A DNA stretch of 44,195 nucleotides from Vulcanimicrobiaceae bacterium (lineage in GTDB: Bacteria > Vulcanimicrobiota > Vulcanimicrobiia > Vulcanimicrobiales > Vulcanimicrobiaceae), in the NCBI GenBank assembly GCA_046262595.1, contig JBHEMM010000003.1, positions 42,420 through 86,614 on the forward strand, in the 5' to 3' direction. A program made the translations under genes and the position numbers. Positions 1 to 9,130 of this stretch are shown here, one piece after another (within the stretch, counting starts at the first letter, position 1; every line of letters starts with the position of its first letter). The notes below the pieces were generated by a model. It saw only the letters and a list, made by a program, of their open reading frames with translations, did no database searches and was not told the DNA's origin.

Positions 1-1
1 C

Positions 2-505
2 GATTTGGGCGAGGCGCTGCGGCGCATTGCAGAAGGAGCCGCAATGATCCGCAGCAAGGGCGAGGCGGGCAGCGGCAACATCGTCGAAGCCGTCCGGCAC
101 ATCCGCGCCATCACGGATGCGATTAAAGAATTGAGCGTCGTGCCGGAAGAAGAATTGGTTTCGCGCGCTCGCGATCTGGGCGCGCCGCTCGAGCTCGTTG
201 CACAGGTGGCGCGGGCCGGGCGGCTGCCCGTCGTGCTTTTTTGCGCGGGAGGCGTTTCCACTCCGGCAGACGCGGCCCTGATGATGCAGCTGGGCGCGGA
301 AGGCATTTTCGTCGGCAGCGGCATCTTTAAATCGAACAACCCGAAAGCGTTCGCTAAAGCGATCGTCGACGCCACCACGCATTTCGGCGACCCGTCCGTG
401 ATTGTCGCGGCGAGCAAGTCGCTCGGAAAAGACGCGCAGGCGATGGAAGGGCTCGATCTGCGCAAACTTCCCGAGTCCGAAATGCTGGCAACGCGCGGAA
501 ACTAA
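2..505 (+). CDS. pdxS: Pyridoxal 5'-phosphate synthase lyase subunit, 5'-truncated by the window edge
   Basis: [61 protein letters not shown] and the terminal ATRG are PdxS/SNZ motifs. Abuts pdxT. Confidence 0.97.
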   Translation, partial: DLGEALRRIAEGAAMIRSKGEAGSGNIVEAVRHIRAITDAIKELSVVPEEELVSRARDLGAPLELVAQVARAGRLPVVLFCAGGVSTPADAALMMQLGAEGIFVGSGIFKSNNPKAFAKAIVDATTHFGDPSVIVAASKSLGKDAQAMEGLDLRKLPESEMLATRGN

Positions 506-1117
506 ATGTCTGCGTCGGTCGGCGTCCTTGCGCTGCAGGGCGACGTTGCGGAACACCTTGCCGCGTTGGAGCGATCGGGCGCCGAGGCCGTGCCGGTAAA
601 GACGGCCGGCGAGCTCGATCGCGTTGATGGCCTCGTGATTCCGGGCGGTGAATCGACGACGGTCATGAAGTTGCTGCAGCGGTTCGGCCTAGAGGCGCCC
701 ATCGTCCGTCGCGCCCGCGCGGGCATGCCGCTTTGGGGGACGTGCATGGGGATGATCGTTCTCGCGCACGACGTCGCCGGTTTGGCGCAGCCAACGCTTG
801 ACTTGCTTGACGTCAGCGTGCGCCGCAATGCGTTCGGCCGCCAAAACGAGTCGGCGGAAACGATGCTCGACGTGCCGGTTTTGGGAAGCGCGCCGTTCCC
901 CGCAATCTTTATTCGCGCGCCGTGGATCGAGCGGGCGGGAGCGGGCGTCGAGGTTTTGGCGCGGCGCGGCGGTCATGGCGTGATGGTGCGGCAAGGCAAC
1001 GTGCTGGGAACATCCTTTCACCCCGAACTCGCACAAGACGACCGCGTGCACCGTCACTTTTTGCAGGTGGTGCGCGAGAATGCCGCCCGGGTAGGGAAGC
1101 GCAGCACCGCCGCATAA
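506..1117 (+). CDS. pdxT: PLP synthase glutaminase subunit
   Basis: GVLALQGD, IPGGESTT, GTCMG (catalytic Cys), RRNAFGRQ, FIRAP and FHPE (His-Glu). Confidence 0.97.
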   Translation: MSASVGVLALQGDVAEHLAALERSGAEAVPVKTAGELDRVDGLVIPGGESTTVMKLLQRFGLEAPIVRRARAGMPLWGTCMGMIVLAHDVAGLAQPTLDLLDVSVRRNAFGRQNESAETMLDVPVLGSAPFPAIFIRAPWIERAGAGVEVLARRGGHGVMVRQGNVLGTSFHPELAQDDRVHRHFLQVVRENAARVGKRSTAA

Positions 1118-1144
1118 TTTCACTCGCACTATGAGTCCGCAACG

Positions 1145-1296
1145 TTCTGCACGCCAGCGGGAAAGCGTAGAGGCCACGGTGCCGCCGGCGCGGCTGCGGT
1201 TGAGGCCGCTGCCGGGCGAAGAGCGACCGGCTTTACTGTGGAAGCGAGGAGCGATGCCTCGCTTTCCGCTTACTCGTGTCGTGCGCGCGTGCAGAA
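1145..1296 (+). ncRNA. Candidate structured RNA (long imperfect hairpin with an alternative fold) upstream of the HNH gene; class unknown
   Basis: Nested pairings by eye: 1145-1154/1287-1296 (10 bp perfect), 1156-1174/1256-1270 (bulged), 1175-1180/1235-1240, 1181-1184/1228-1231, 1185-1194/1205-1215. Confidence 0.35.
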
Positions 1297-1303
1297 ATCG
1301 CAC

Positions 1304-1834
1304 ATGAGCGAAGTTCTGGTTCTCAATTTCACGTACGAAGCGCTGAACATCACCAATTTTCAGCGTGCCGTAAAACTGATCTTTGCCGGCAAGGCGGAGA
1401 TCGTGCACGGGCGCGAGCGCGTCATCTCATCCACGACGTTCGAGATGCGCATGCCGTCGATCATCCGCATGCTGTATTATATCAAGCGGCCGATGCAAAA
1501 GGTCGCGCTGACGAAGAAAAATATCCTGATCCGCGATGATCACACGTGCCAATATTGCGGTCTGCACGGCGACCGCTTCATGACCGTGGACCACGTGCAT
1601 CCCAAGAGCAAAGGCGGCCCTTCCACTTGGGAAAATTTGGTGTGCGCCTGCATGCGCTGCAACAACCGCAAGAACAATCGCACGCCCGAAGACTGCAACA
1701 TGAAGCTCAAACGGCGGCCGCGGCAGCCGAAATACATTCCGTGGATTCAGATTAAACGCAACACGCTGCCCGACGAATGGTGCAAATTTTTGTTCTTGTA
1801 CAACGTCTCGATCGAGGAGCGCGTCGAGGCTTAG
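1304..1834 (+). CDS. HNH endonuclease (McrA/COG1403-like, Zn-binding)
   Basis: N-terminal VLVLN.TYEAL, RDDHTCQYCG, TVDHVHPKSKGG, WENLVCACMRCNNRK. ATG at 1304 is preferred over the upstream GTG at 1238 because the family begins at MSEVLVLN. Confidence 0.92.
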   Translation: MSEVLVLNFTYEALNITNFQRAVKLIFAGKAEIVHGRERVISSTTFEMRMPSIIRMLYYIKRPMQKVALTKKNILIRDDHTCQYCGLHGDRFMTVDHVHPKSKGGPSTWENLVCACMRCNNRKNNRTPEDCNMKLKRRPRQPKYIPWIQIKRNTLPDEWCKFLFLYNVSIEERVEA

Positions 1835-1964
1835 CGCCGGTCCCAGCATCGAACCGCGACCAATACGTCCGTTTCGCCGAACGCGCCTGTTCGACTCGGC
1901 CGGCCGCCGTGAGTTGCGCGCGGAACGCCGTTCGCGGCATCGATTTCACGTACGATGTGCTTGA

Positions 1965-2276
1965 ATACCATGCCGGAATATCCTTGGGGACCTCATCTTC
2001 ACGGATGTCGCGGACCTGCGAATCATCATAACGGTCGGACTGCGCATCGGCTGCATCAACCACGCGCTGCTCACCATGGCGCTGTGCGAACAGATGCGTT
2101 TGGCAATCGCCGGCTGCGTGCTCGTCAACCGCTGGGAAGGCGCGGCAGAAGCTTATGCGGCCGACGTGCGCCGCGCATTGCAGGGAAAAGCGGAAATTCT
2201 TGGCATTCTGCCGTTTGACCCGGACGAGGCCGCTGCGGTCGAGCAAGCCGCGCAAATCTTTCTTTCGCTGCTCTAA
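1965..2276 (+). pseudogene. bioD: Dethiobiotin synthase C-terminal remnant
   Basis: The frame of ORF 2076-2276 extends upstream as FTDVADLRIIITVGLRIGCINHALLT...GCVLVN...ILGILPF, which are BioD C-terminal motifs. It is closed by TGA at 1962-1964, and no P-loop is present. Confidence 0.75.
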
Positions 2277-2307
2277 AAAGTTCCCGAACGAGGACGAAAC
2301 GCTTTAG

Positions 2308-2725
2308 GTGAATCACCCGCTCATAGACGAATCGCGCCGCTGCGTGCTCGCTGCGCATGCCGAGGTCCTGCAGCCCTTGCAGCGTCACTTTCCGTCCGCC
2401 TGCAAACCGGATGAGCGCAGACGGCAGTGCTAAACGCGCCATTGCGATAAAGCGCAGCATGGGACTTGAACTTTGCTGCGGCGGCATCATCGGCATGGGC
2501 GAGACGGCAGAAGACCGCATCGATTTTTTAAGCGCCCTGCAGGAGCTGCACCCGCAAGAAGTGCCGGTGAATTTTTTGAATCCGCGCCCGGGAACGCCGT
2601 TCGGCGTTTGTTCGCTCGTCGAGCCCGTCGAAGCGCTGCTGGGCAACTATCTTACGAGGGCGGGCCGCCAAGACCGTGAGGACTTCGAGATGCTCGACCG
2701 TTTGGGGTTCGAGGTTCTGGCGTAA
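2308..2725 (+). pseudogene. bioB: Biotin synthase remnant (radical-SAM motif lost, internal deletion, frameshift)
   Basis: GLELCCGGIIGMGETAEDR, EVPVNFLNPRPGTP and GNYLT...DFEMLDRLG are BioB motifs. There is no CxxxCxxC, and VEAL is joined directly to LGNYLT. A possible N-terminal stub starts at GTG 2308 in another frame. Confidence 0.85.
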
Positions 2726-2726
2726 C

Positions 2727-4211
2727 GTGGACCAAACCAAAGCGCCGTATTTTCAAGCGCTGCTGGAGTACGTCGATTCCGGCGTGATTCCGTTCCACAC
2801 GCCGGGCCACAAGCAGGGCATCGGTATGGACCCCGCGTTCCGGCAGTTCGTCGGCGACAACATCTGCGCGATCGATCTCACGCCGATGCCCGGCATCGAC
2901 GATCTCCTGCAGCCGACGGAGTCGCTGCTCGAGGCGCAGCAGCTTGCGGCGGAAGCATACGGCGCGGATCGAACGTATTTTCTCATCAACGGCTCGACGA
3001 GCGGCAATCAATGCATGATGATGGCGGCGCTTAACCCGGGCGAGAAGATCGCCGTGCCGCGCAACTCGCACAAGTCGATGCTCGGCGGCCTCGTTATGAG
3101 CGGCGCGCAGCCGGTGTACATGCAGCCCGAAGTGGATGAAGCGCTGCACATGGACCACACCGTCACTCCGCAAACGGTCGTGCGCACGTTGGAAGAGCAC
3201 CCGGATGTGAAAGCGGTCTACGTCGTCACCCCCACGTATTACGGAGTCGCAGCCGACCTGGAATCCATCGCGAAAATTACGCACGACGCCGGCAAACTGC
3301 TGCTGGTGGACGAGGCGTGGGGGCCGCATTTTCAGTTTCATCCGGCGCTGCCGCTTTCCGCGACGCAGTGCGGCGCGGACTTGTGCATCAACTCCACGCA
3401 CAAAATGCTCTCGGCGTTCTCGCAGTGCGCCATGCTGCATCAAATCGGCCCGCGCGTGCGCGTCGACCGGCTCGAAGCCGTCCTCAAAATGTTTTTGTCC
3501 ACATCGCCGAATCTGCCGATGGTCGCATCGCTCGATGTCGCACGGCGTCAGATGGCTACGGACGGCGCCGCGCTGCTCTCGCAAACGATCGCGCTGGCGG
3601 AGAACACGCGCCGGCGCATCAACGCGATCGAAAACGTGTATTGTTTCGGCGAAGAGTTGCAGGGCCGGCCGGGCGTCTTCGATTTGGATCCGACCAAGGT
3701 GACGATCACCGTTAAAGATTTGGGCTATACCGGCTACGAAGCGTCGGCGATTCTGCGGCGGCGCTACAACGTGCAAGTGGAGCTGGCCGATCTGTTTAAC
3801 GTCGTCGCGCTCTTCACGATCGGCACGTCCGAAGAAGCCGCCGAACGGCTAATCGAGGGGGTATCGGAATTGGCGCGCGAAGACCGCGCGATCGACTTGT
3901 TCTCGCCTTCGGGCGTTTTGAAGCGGCGGATGAAGACCGGCACATACAAGCTTCCGAAGATTCCGGCTATTCGCATGCTGCCGCGTGATGCGTTTCTCGC
4001 CGATACGGAGTTCGTCAAATTTAAAGACAGCAAAGGGCGCATCTGCGCCGAAACGATCTCGCCGTATCCGCCGGGCATTCCCGTTATTGCTCCCGGCGAA
4101 GAGATCACCGAACAGGTCATCGACTATCTCAATCTGGAGCTGAAGGCCGGCGTACGCATGCAAGGACCGTTCGATAAAGAACTCAAGACGATCCGGGTGG
4201 TCAAGCAGTAA
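2727..4211 (+). CDS. Orn/Lys/Arg decarboxylase, PLP-dependent class I (Firmicutes SpeA/YaaO-like)
   Basis: FHTPGHKQG, NGSTSGN, RNSHKS, DEAWG, STHK (PLP Lys), STSP, PYPPGIP. GTG start at 2727. Confidence 0.92.
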   Translation: MDQTKAPYFQALLEYVDSGVIPFHTPGHKQGIGMDPAFRQFVGDNICAIDLTPMPGIDDLLQPTESLLEAQQLAAEAYGADRTYFLINGSTSGNQCMMMAALNPGEKIAVPRNSHKSMLGGLVMSGAQPVYMQPEVDEALHMDHTVTPQTVVRTLEEHPDVKAVYVVTPTYYGVAADLESIAKITHDAGKLLLVDEAWGPHFQFHPALPLSATQCGADLCINSTHKMLSAFSQCAMLHQIGPRVRVDRLEAVLKMFLSTSPNLPMVASLDVARRQMATDGAALLSQTIALAENTRRRINAIENVYCFGEELQGRPGVFDLDPTKVTITVKDLGYTGYEASAILRRRYNVQVELADLFNVVALFTIGTSEEAAERLIEGVSELAREDRAIDLFSPSGVLKRRMKTGTYKLPKIPAIRMLPRDAFLADTEFVKFKDSKGRICAETISPYPPGIPVIAPGEEITEQVIDYLNLELKAGVRMQGPFDKELKTIRVVKQ

Positions 4212-4370
4212 CGGCCCGCGGGCCCAGTGCCGCGAAAATAGGCCGGTTCGACCCTCGCGCGTGCAGGGCGTCCGACCGATATTGGGAATAAGTGACCGTA
4301 CAAAAGCGGATGAAAATGCAGTACGGGCCGCACGCAGGCGCAAGCAATTTCATAAAAGCGAGGGTCAGTA

Positions 4371-5921
4371 TTGGCGGTTAAAGCCGAATCGTTGCCTTTC
4401 AACTGGGAACTCACCCAGCTCCTCGACATCTTTCCGCTCCCTATCCGGCAATCGCTCGTTCGTCTTCCTAACCTTGAAACCGTTATCGAGGTCGTTCTCG
4501 ACTTAGGGCGGCCGCCCGAGGCGCGCTTCGAAAACGACTTCGTGTATCTCTCCGATACGCGAGTGAGCCAGGAAGATATCGCGCACGTGTGCTCGCGTTT
4601 GTCAGCGTTCGGGCCCGACAACCGCGCGGGCATCGAGCAAACGCTGCACCGCATCAGCGCGATACGAAACCGCACCGGCAAAATCGTCGGCTTGACGTGT
4701 CGCGTGGGCCGGGCGGTTTACGGAACGATCGACATCCTGCTGGACATTTTGCGCAGCGGTAAATCGATCTGCTTGCTGGGACGCCCCGGCGTCGGCAAAA
4801 CGACCATGCTGCGCGAATGCGCGCGCATGCTCGCGGAGGATCGCAAACGCGTAGTGATCGTCGATTCGTCAAACGAGATTGCCGGGGATTCCGATGTACC
4901 GCACGCGGGCATCGGTACGGCGCGGCGCATGCAGGTTGCCGACCCGGCGCTGCAGCACGCCGTGATGATTGAAGCGGTCGAGAACCACATGCCGCAGGTA
5001 GTCGTCATCGACGAGATCGGTACGCAGGCCGAGGCCGAGGCCGCTCGGACCATCGCCGAACGGGGCGTCTCGCTGATCGGGACGGCACACGGGCAGACTC
5101 TTGAAAATCTGCTTATGAACCCCACCCTTTCCGACTTGGTAGGCGGCATCAGCGCGGTCACGCTTTCCGATGAGGAAGCCCGCCGCCGCGGCACCCGCAA
5201 GACGGTTCTCGAGCGCAAGGCGCCGCCGACGTTCGAGGTGGTCGTCGAGATCCACGACCGCGACAACATGGCGATTCACAAGAACGTGGGCGACGTCGTC
5301 GATGCGCTGCTTCGCGGCTACCAGCCGCAGCCGGAAGTCCGCCGCCGCACGGCCAGCGGCCGGGTGGACATTGTGCAGGAAGCCGACACGGAATCGATGC
5401 CGCAGCTGGCGGCAAGCGGCGCCTTTCACGAGGACGAGCGCGATCGTGAAGAACGCGACAAACCGCTGATGATCTTTCCTTACGGCGTTTCACGCAACAA
5501 GATCGAGCGCGCAGTGCACAACCTGCGCGTCAACGCTTCGATCGCGCGCAATTGGGACGACGCCGACGTCGTGCTCACGCTCAAGACGCTCGAGCGAAAA
5601 GAACAGCCGAAGCTCAAACAGATCGCTTCGGAGAACATCCCGATCTACAGTATAAAAACCAATACGACGACGCAGATTCAAAGCTGTTTGAAAGACGTGT
5701 TCAATCTGCCGTCGATCGACACGGAAGAGATCGCGCTTCGCGAAGCGGAGGAAGCGGTCTACCAAGTGCTTCTGGACAATAAAGCGATCGAACTTACGCC
5801 GCAAACGTCTTACGTGCGGCGCATGCAGCATCAGCTGGCCGAAAAATACCGCCTGCAGTCGCGCAGCACGGGCTTGGAGCCGAACCGCCGGGTGCGAATT
5901 TTTAAAGGCGCGGAAATTTAA
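4371..5921 (+). CDS. Ycf45/SpoIIIAA-like AAA ATPase with C-terminal R3H domain
   Basis: DLGRPPEAR, DNRAGIEQTLHRISAIRNR, Walker A GRPGVGKT, VIDEIG, GTAHG, and R3H motif RRMQH...STGLEPNRRV. Confidence 0.9.
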   Translation: MAVKAESLPFNWELTQLLDIFPLPIRQSLVRLPNLETVIEVVLDLGRPPEARFENDFVYLSDTRVSQEDIAHVCSRLSAFGPDNRAGIEQTLHRISAIRNRTGKIVGLTCRVGRAVYGTIDILLDILRSGKSICLLGRPGVGKTTMLRECARMLAEDRKRVVIVDSSNEIAGDSDVPHAGIGTARRMQVADPALQHAVMIEAVENHMPQVVVIDEIGTQAEAEAARTIAERGVSLIGTAHGQTLENLLMNPTLSDLVGGISAVTLSDEEARRRGTRKTVLERKAPPTFEVVVEIHDRDNMAIHKNVGDVVDALLRGYQPQPEVRRRTASGRVDIVQEADTESMPQLAASGAFHEDERDREERDKPLMIFPYGVSRNKIERAVHNLRVNASIARNWDDADVVLTLKTLERKEQPKLKQIASENIPIYSIKTNTTTQIQSCLKDVFNLPSIDTEEIALREAEEAVYQVLLDNKAIELTPQTSYVRRMQHQLAEKYRLQSRSTGLEPNRRVRIFKGAEI

Positions 5922-5959
5922 ACGCCGCCATACTGCGTTCACCGGGCTGCAAAAGAACA

Positions 5960-6568
5960 TTGTTTATATCATTTGAAGGCATCGAAGCCAGTGGAAAATC
6001 GACGCTCATGAAGGGCGTCGGCAGCGCTCTGCGCGAGCGCGGCTATGAAACGCTGCTGACCCGCGAACCGGGTGGAACGCCCGCAGGCGATGCGGTGCGC
6101 GAGATCTTTTTGCGCGGCAGCGCGTACCTCACACCGGTGAGCGAGATGCTGCTCATCAATGCATCGCGCGCCGAACTCGTGGCGCACGTCATCCGTCCGG
6201 CATTGAGTGAAAACATTGCCGTGCTGTGCGACCGGTACGTTCATTCATCGCTGGCGTATCAAGGATACGGGCGCGGCCTGCCGCTTCAACTCGTGCGCAT
6301 GACGTGCGCCGCGGCAACGGGCGGCTTGATGCCCGATCTCACGCTTTACGTCGACATCGACTACGCAACCTCGCATAAGCGGATGACCGCACGCGCTTCC
6401 AAGCCCGACCGGATCGAGCGCGAAGATGCGCCATTCTTCGAACGCGCTCGCGCCGGGTATCTGCAACTCGCCTCGAAGGAGCGCAATATGGTTGTGCTCG
6501 ACGGCATGCAGTCGGCGCAGGACGTTTTACAGGCGGCGCTGAGCGCGGCTTCCCCGCTGCTTTCATGA
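5960..6568 (+). CDS. tmk: Thymidylate kinase
   Basis: FISFEGIEASGKST, TREPGGT, CDRY..SSLAYQGYGRG, PDLT. Confidence 0.96.
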   Translation: MFISFEGIEASGKSTLMKGVGSALRERGYETLLTREPGGTPAGDAVREIFLRGSAYLTPVSEMLLINASRAELVAHVIRPALSENIAVLCDRYVHSSLAYQGYGRGLPLQLVRMTCAAATGGLMPDLTLYVDIDYATSHKRMTARASKPDRIEREDAPFFERARAGYLQLASKERNMVVLDGMQSAQDVLQAALSAASPLLS

Positions 6569-7575
6569 ACGCTCTGCGGTTTGAGGTCGTGGGCCAGCAG
6601 GCGGCCAAAGCGTTCTTTTCGCGCTTGACGAAAGAGACGCTCTCGCACGGCTATTTGTTTGCCGGACCTGCCGGCATCGGCAAAAAAACCTTCGCTCGAG
6701 CCCTTGCGCAGTCGCTGCTTTGCGAGGCGCCGCATCCCCAGGGTCTTTTGGGATACTGCGGCGTTTGCGCAGCGTGCAGGCTCGTCGGCAAGCAAGAAAC
6801 GCGTCATCCGGATCTGCTCGAGTCAACGGGGATGCTCAAGATCGGCGCGAGCGACGAAGAGCTCGGCTTTCACGAAGCGGAAAGCGTCACATCGCGCGAC
6901 TTAGTGCGCCAGCTCTCGCTGCAGTCGTACGCGGGGGGCCTGCGCATCTTCGTTCTGGGCGACATCGATTTCGCCGGTCCGCCGGCCGCAAATGCATTGC
7001 TGAAATTTTTTGAAGAACCGCCGTCCGGCGTGGTTTTGCTGCTTACCACATCCACGCCCGCGCGTCTGCTCGCCACAATCCGCTCGCGTTTGCTCGAGGT
7101 GCGCTTCTCCACCTTACGCACGGGTGAAGTCGAGCAAGTGCTGGACGCGCGCGGCATCGATGCGGAACGTGCGAAGCTTGGGGCATCGCTTTCGCAAGGC
7201 TCCGTTTCGCGTGCGCTTTCCGCGTTGGAAGAGGACGAAGGGCAGCTTCGCGCGCAGGTTGCCGCATGGTTTTTCAGCGTCGTGGGCGGCCGCACGCCGC
7301 AGGAGTCATGGGCGTCGCGCGAATCGCTGGACGAGGGACTGGAGATCCTTAAAACGCTGCTGCGCGATTGGATCGTGCTCTCGCAGACGGGCGCAGACGC
7401 GCCGCTGCTTGCGCCGGACTACGCTTCAGGTTTGAAACAACTGCGCACCATTTCGCCCCTGCACGCCGGCGCGGCGCTGGCAAAGGTCACCGACGCTCAG
7501 CGCTTGGCGCGCACGAACGTGAGCCCGGCGCTTGTCGGCGACTTCGTGCGGATGGCTCTTACCGGTACGGTCTGA
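6565..7575 (+). CDS. holB: DNA polymerase III delta' subunit
   Basis: HGYLFAGPAGIGK, Zn motif LLC...CGVCAAC, HPD, AANALLKFFEEPP, LLATIRSR. ATGA overlap with tmk. Confidence 0.9.
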   Translation: MNALRFEVVGQQAAKAFFSRLTKETLSHGYLFAGPAGIGKKTFARALAQSLLCEAPHPQGLLGYCGVCAACRLVGKQETRHPDLLESTGMLKIGASDEELGFHEAESVTSRDLVRQLSLQSYAGGLRIFVLGDIDFAGPPAANALLKFFEEPPSGVVLLLTTSTPARLLATIRSRLLEVRFSTLRTGEVEQVLDARGIDAERAKLGASLSQGSVSRALSALEEDEGQLRAQVAAWFFSVVGGRTPQESWASRESLDEGLEILKTLLRDWIVLSQTGADAPLLAPDYASGLKQLRTISPLHAGAALAKVTDAQRLARTNVSPALVGDFVRMALTGTV

Positions 7576-8260
7576 AGGCGAAGTCCGCATACTGCTTGGC
7601 GATAACGACCGCGATGTAGCCGAGCGCCAGCGCCCCCAGCACGAGCTGCGCCGCATCGCGCGCCGCCCAATTCATCGATCCTGCCAGCGCCGCGAGCGCA
7701 TATCCGGTCAGTCCGATGTAGACGATGGCGCAAACGATCACCAGCAGCGCCGTCGCGACGGGATTGCGGCGCGCCGTCTGCAGCGATTGCGAGAACACGG
7801 CGCCGCCCGGAATGCCGCCGATAGCGGCCGCCGGTATGGCGTAAATGAAGGCCCAAACGGCGATCGCCTGAAGTGCGAGCGCGAGGTAGGGGACCGGTAA
7901 GATCGCCCCAATCATGCCTGCGACATACAGCAAAAAGAAAAACCCCAAGCTTGCGATGAGAATATTGGCCGCTCGGCTGCGCGCGCCGTCCCAAGAACTG
8001 CTCAGATGCCCCCGTCCGTGCCGCCACGCGTCGTCGGCGAAGATGACCGCGATCCCGAAGGCAAAGCCCTGGGCGAGATTGGCCAAAAGGCCCGTGATCG
8101 GATCGCCCGCACCGCCGACTTGATCGAACAGCGGATGGTTGAGCCATGCCAACGCAATGACGATCAGCATGCCCGCAAGCGGTGCAGCGACGACGCCCAT
8201 ATTTCGCCCGAGCACCGGGACGGCGCGCACGTACGAAAGCAGATCCAGGCGTTCGCGCAT
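7559..8260 (-). CDS. Hypothetical integral membrane protein (~6 TM)
   Basis: From MRERLDLL the ORF is a series of long hydrophobic segments. The upstream extension of the ORF is a shadow of mtnP. Confidence 0.75.
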   Translation of the reverse strand: MRERLDLLSYVRAVPVLGRNMGVVAAPLAGMLIVIALAWLNHPLFDQVGGAGDPITGLLANLAQGFAFGIAVIFADDAWRHGRGHLSSSWDGARSRAANILIASLGFFFLLYVAGMIGAILPVPYLALALQAIAVWAFIYAIPAAAIGGIPGGAVFSQSLQTARRNPVATALLVIVCAIVYIGLTGYALAALAGSMNWAARDAAQLVLGALALGYIAVVIAKQYADFAFRPYR

Positions 8261-8274
8261 CGGGCGCACCGGCG

Positions 8275-9081
8275 TCAGCCTCGCGCGCCTTCGAGCGCGT
8301 GCATGCAGCGGCAATCCGCCGCGATGTCGATCTGTTCGACGATTTTGTAGATGCCGTCTTTGACGCGCGCGTTGTTTTTGTTGAAAACCTCGATCACGTC
8401 GTGATGCGAGACGGGTTGGATCCCGCCGGAGCCCTCGAGGCCGACGTCGTAGTCGGTGATCAGCGAAATATTGACGTAGCACATCTCCAATTCGCGCGCC
8501 AGATACGACTCGGGATACTGGGTCATGTTGATCACTTCCCACCCCAGGGATGAAAACCAGCGCGACTCGGCGCGCGTTGAAAAGCGTGGACCTTGAATGA
8601 CCACAACGGTGCCATGATCGTGCGTCTCGATGCCGAGGGCGCGCAGCTGTTCGATCGCAACCGGACGCAGCACGGAGCAATACGGATCGGCGAAGCTCAC
8701 GTGCGTGGTAATCGGCCCGTCGTAGAACGTGTCGCGCCGGCCGGTGGTGCGGTCGACGACTTGGTCGGCGACCACCATGGATCCGGGCTTGAAGTCGGCG
8801 GTGAGCGACCCGCATGCCGTCGGCGCGATGATGCGCTTGACGCCGAGCATCTTCATCGCATAGAGGTTCGCGCGGTAGTTGATGGCGTGCGGCGGGAAAC
8901 GGTGGTCTTTCCCGTGCCTCGGCAAGAACGCGACGCGCTTGCCGGCTATCTCGCCCAGAGCCACTTTGTCGCTGGGCGCCCCGTAGGGTGTTTCGATCGT
9001 GGCTTCGCGGGCATTTTCGATGAGCGAATAAAAGCCCGAGCCGCCGAAAACGCCGATATCGGCGCGTTCCTGTGTCTGCAT
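8275..9081 (-). CDS. mtnP: S-methyl-5'-thioadenosine phosphorylase
   Basis: IGVFGGSGFY, ETPYGAPS, FLPRHG, INYRAN, GPRFSTRAES, NMT..PE..LARE, TDYD. Confidence 0.93.
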   Translation of the reverse strand: MQTQERADIGVFGGSGFYSLIENAREATIETPYGAPSDKVALGEIAGKRVAFLPRHGKDHRFPPHAINYRANLYAMKMLGVKRIIAPTACGSLTADFKPGSMVVADQVVDRTTGRRDTFYDGPITTHVSFADPYCSVLRPVAIEQLRALGIETHDHGTVVVIQGPRFSTRAESRWFSSLGWEVINMTQYPESYLARELEMCYVNISLITDYDVGLEGSGGIQPVSHHDVIEVFNKNNARVKDGIYKIVEQIDIAADCRCMHALEGARG

Positions 9082-9130
9082 GCGGCCGCTTCGTTCTGGG
9101 AAAACGCGCGTACCCCTCGAAGCGGGAAGC

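Noticed and set aside
1304..1834. HNH gene as IscB/Cas9-like or homing/mobile element
   Set aside because: Only 176 aa, with no RuvC motifs, RRXRR/PLMP N-terminus, repeat array, terminal repeats or host intron.
4212..4370. Inverted repeats (CCGTAC...GTACGG and an imperfect hairpin at ~4244-4278) in the decarboxylase-ATPase gap
   Set aside because: Short, with no U-tract and no recognisable riboswitch consensus.
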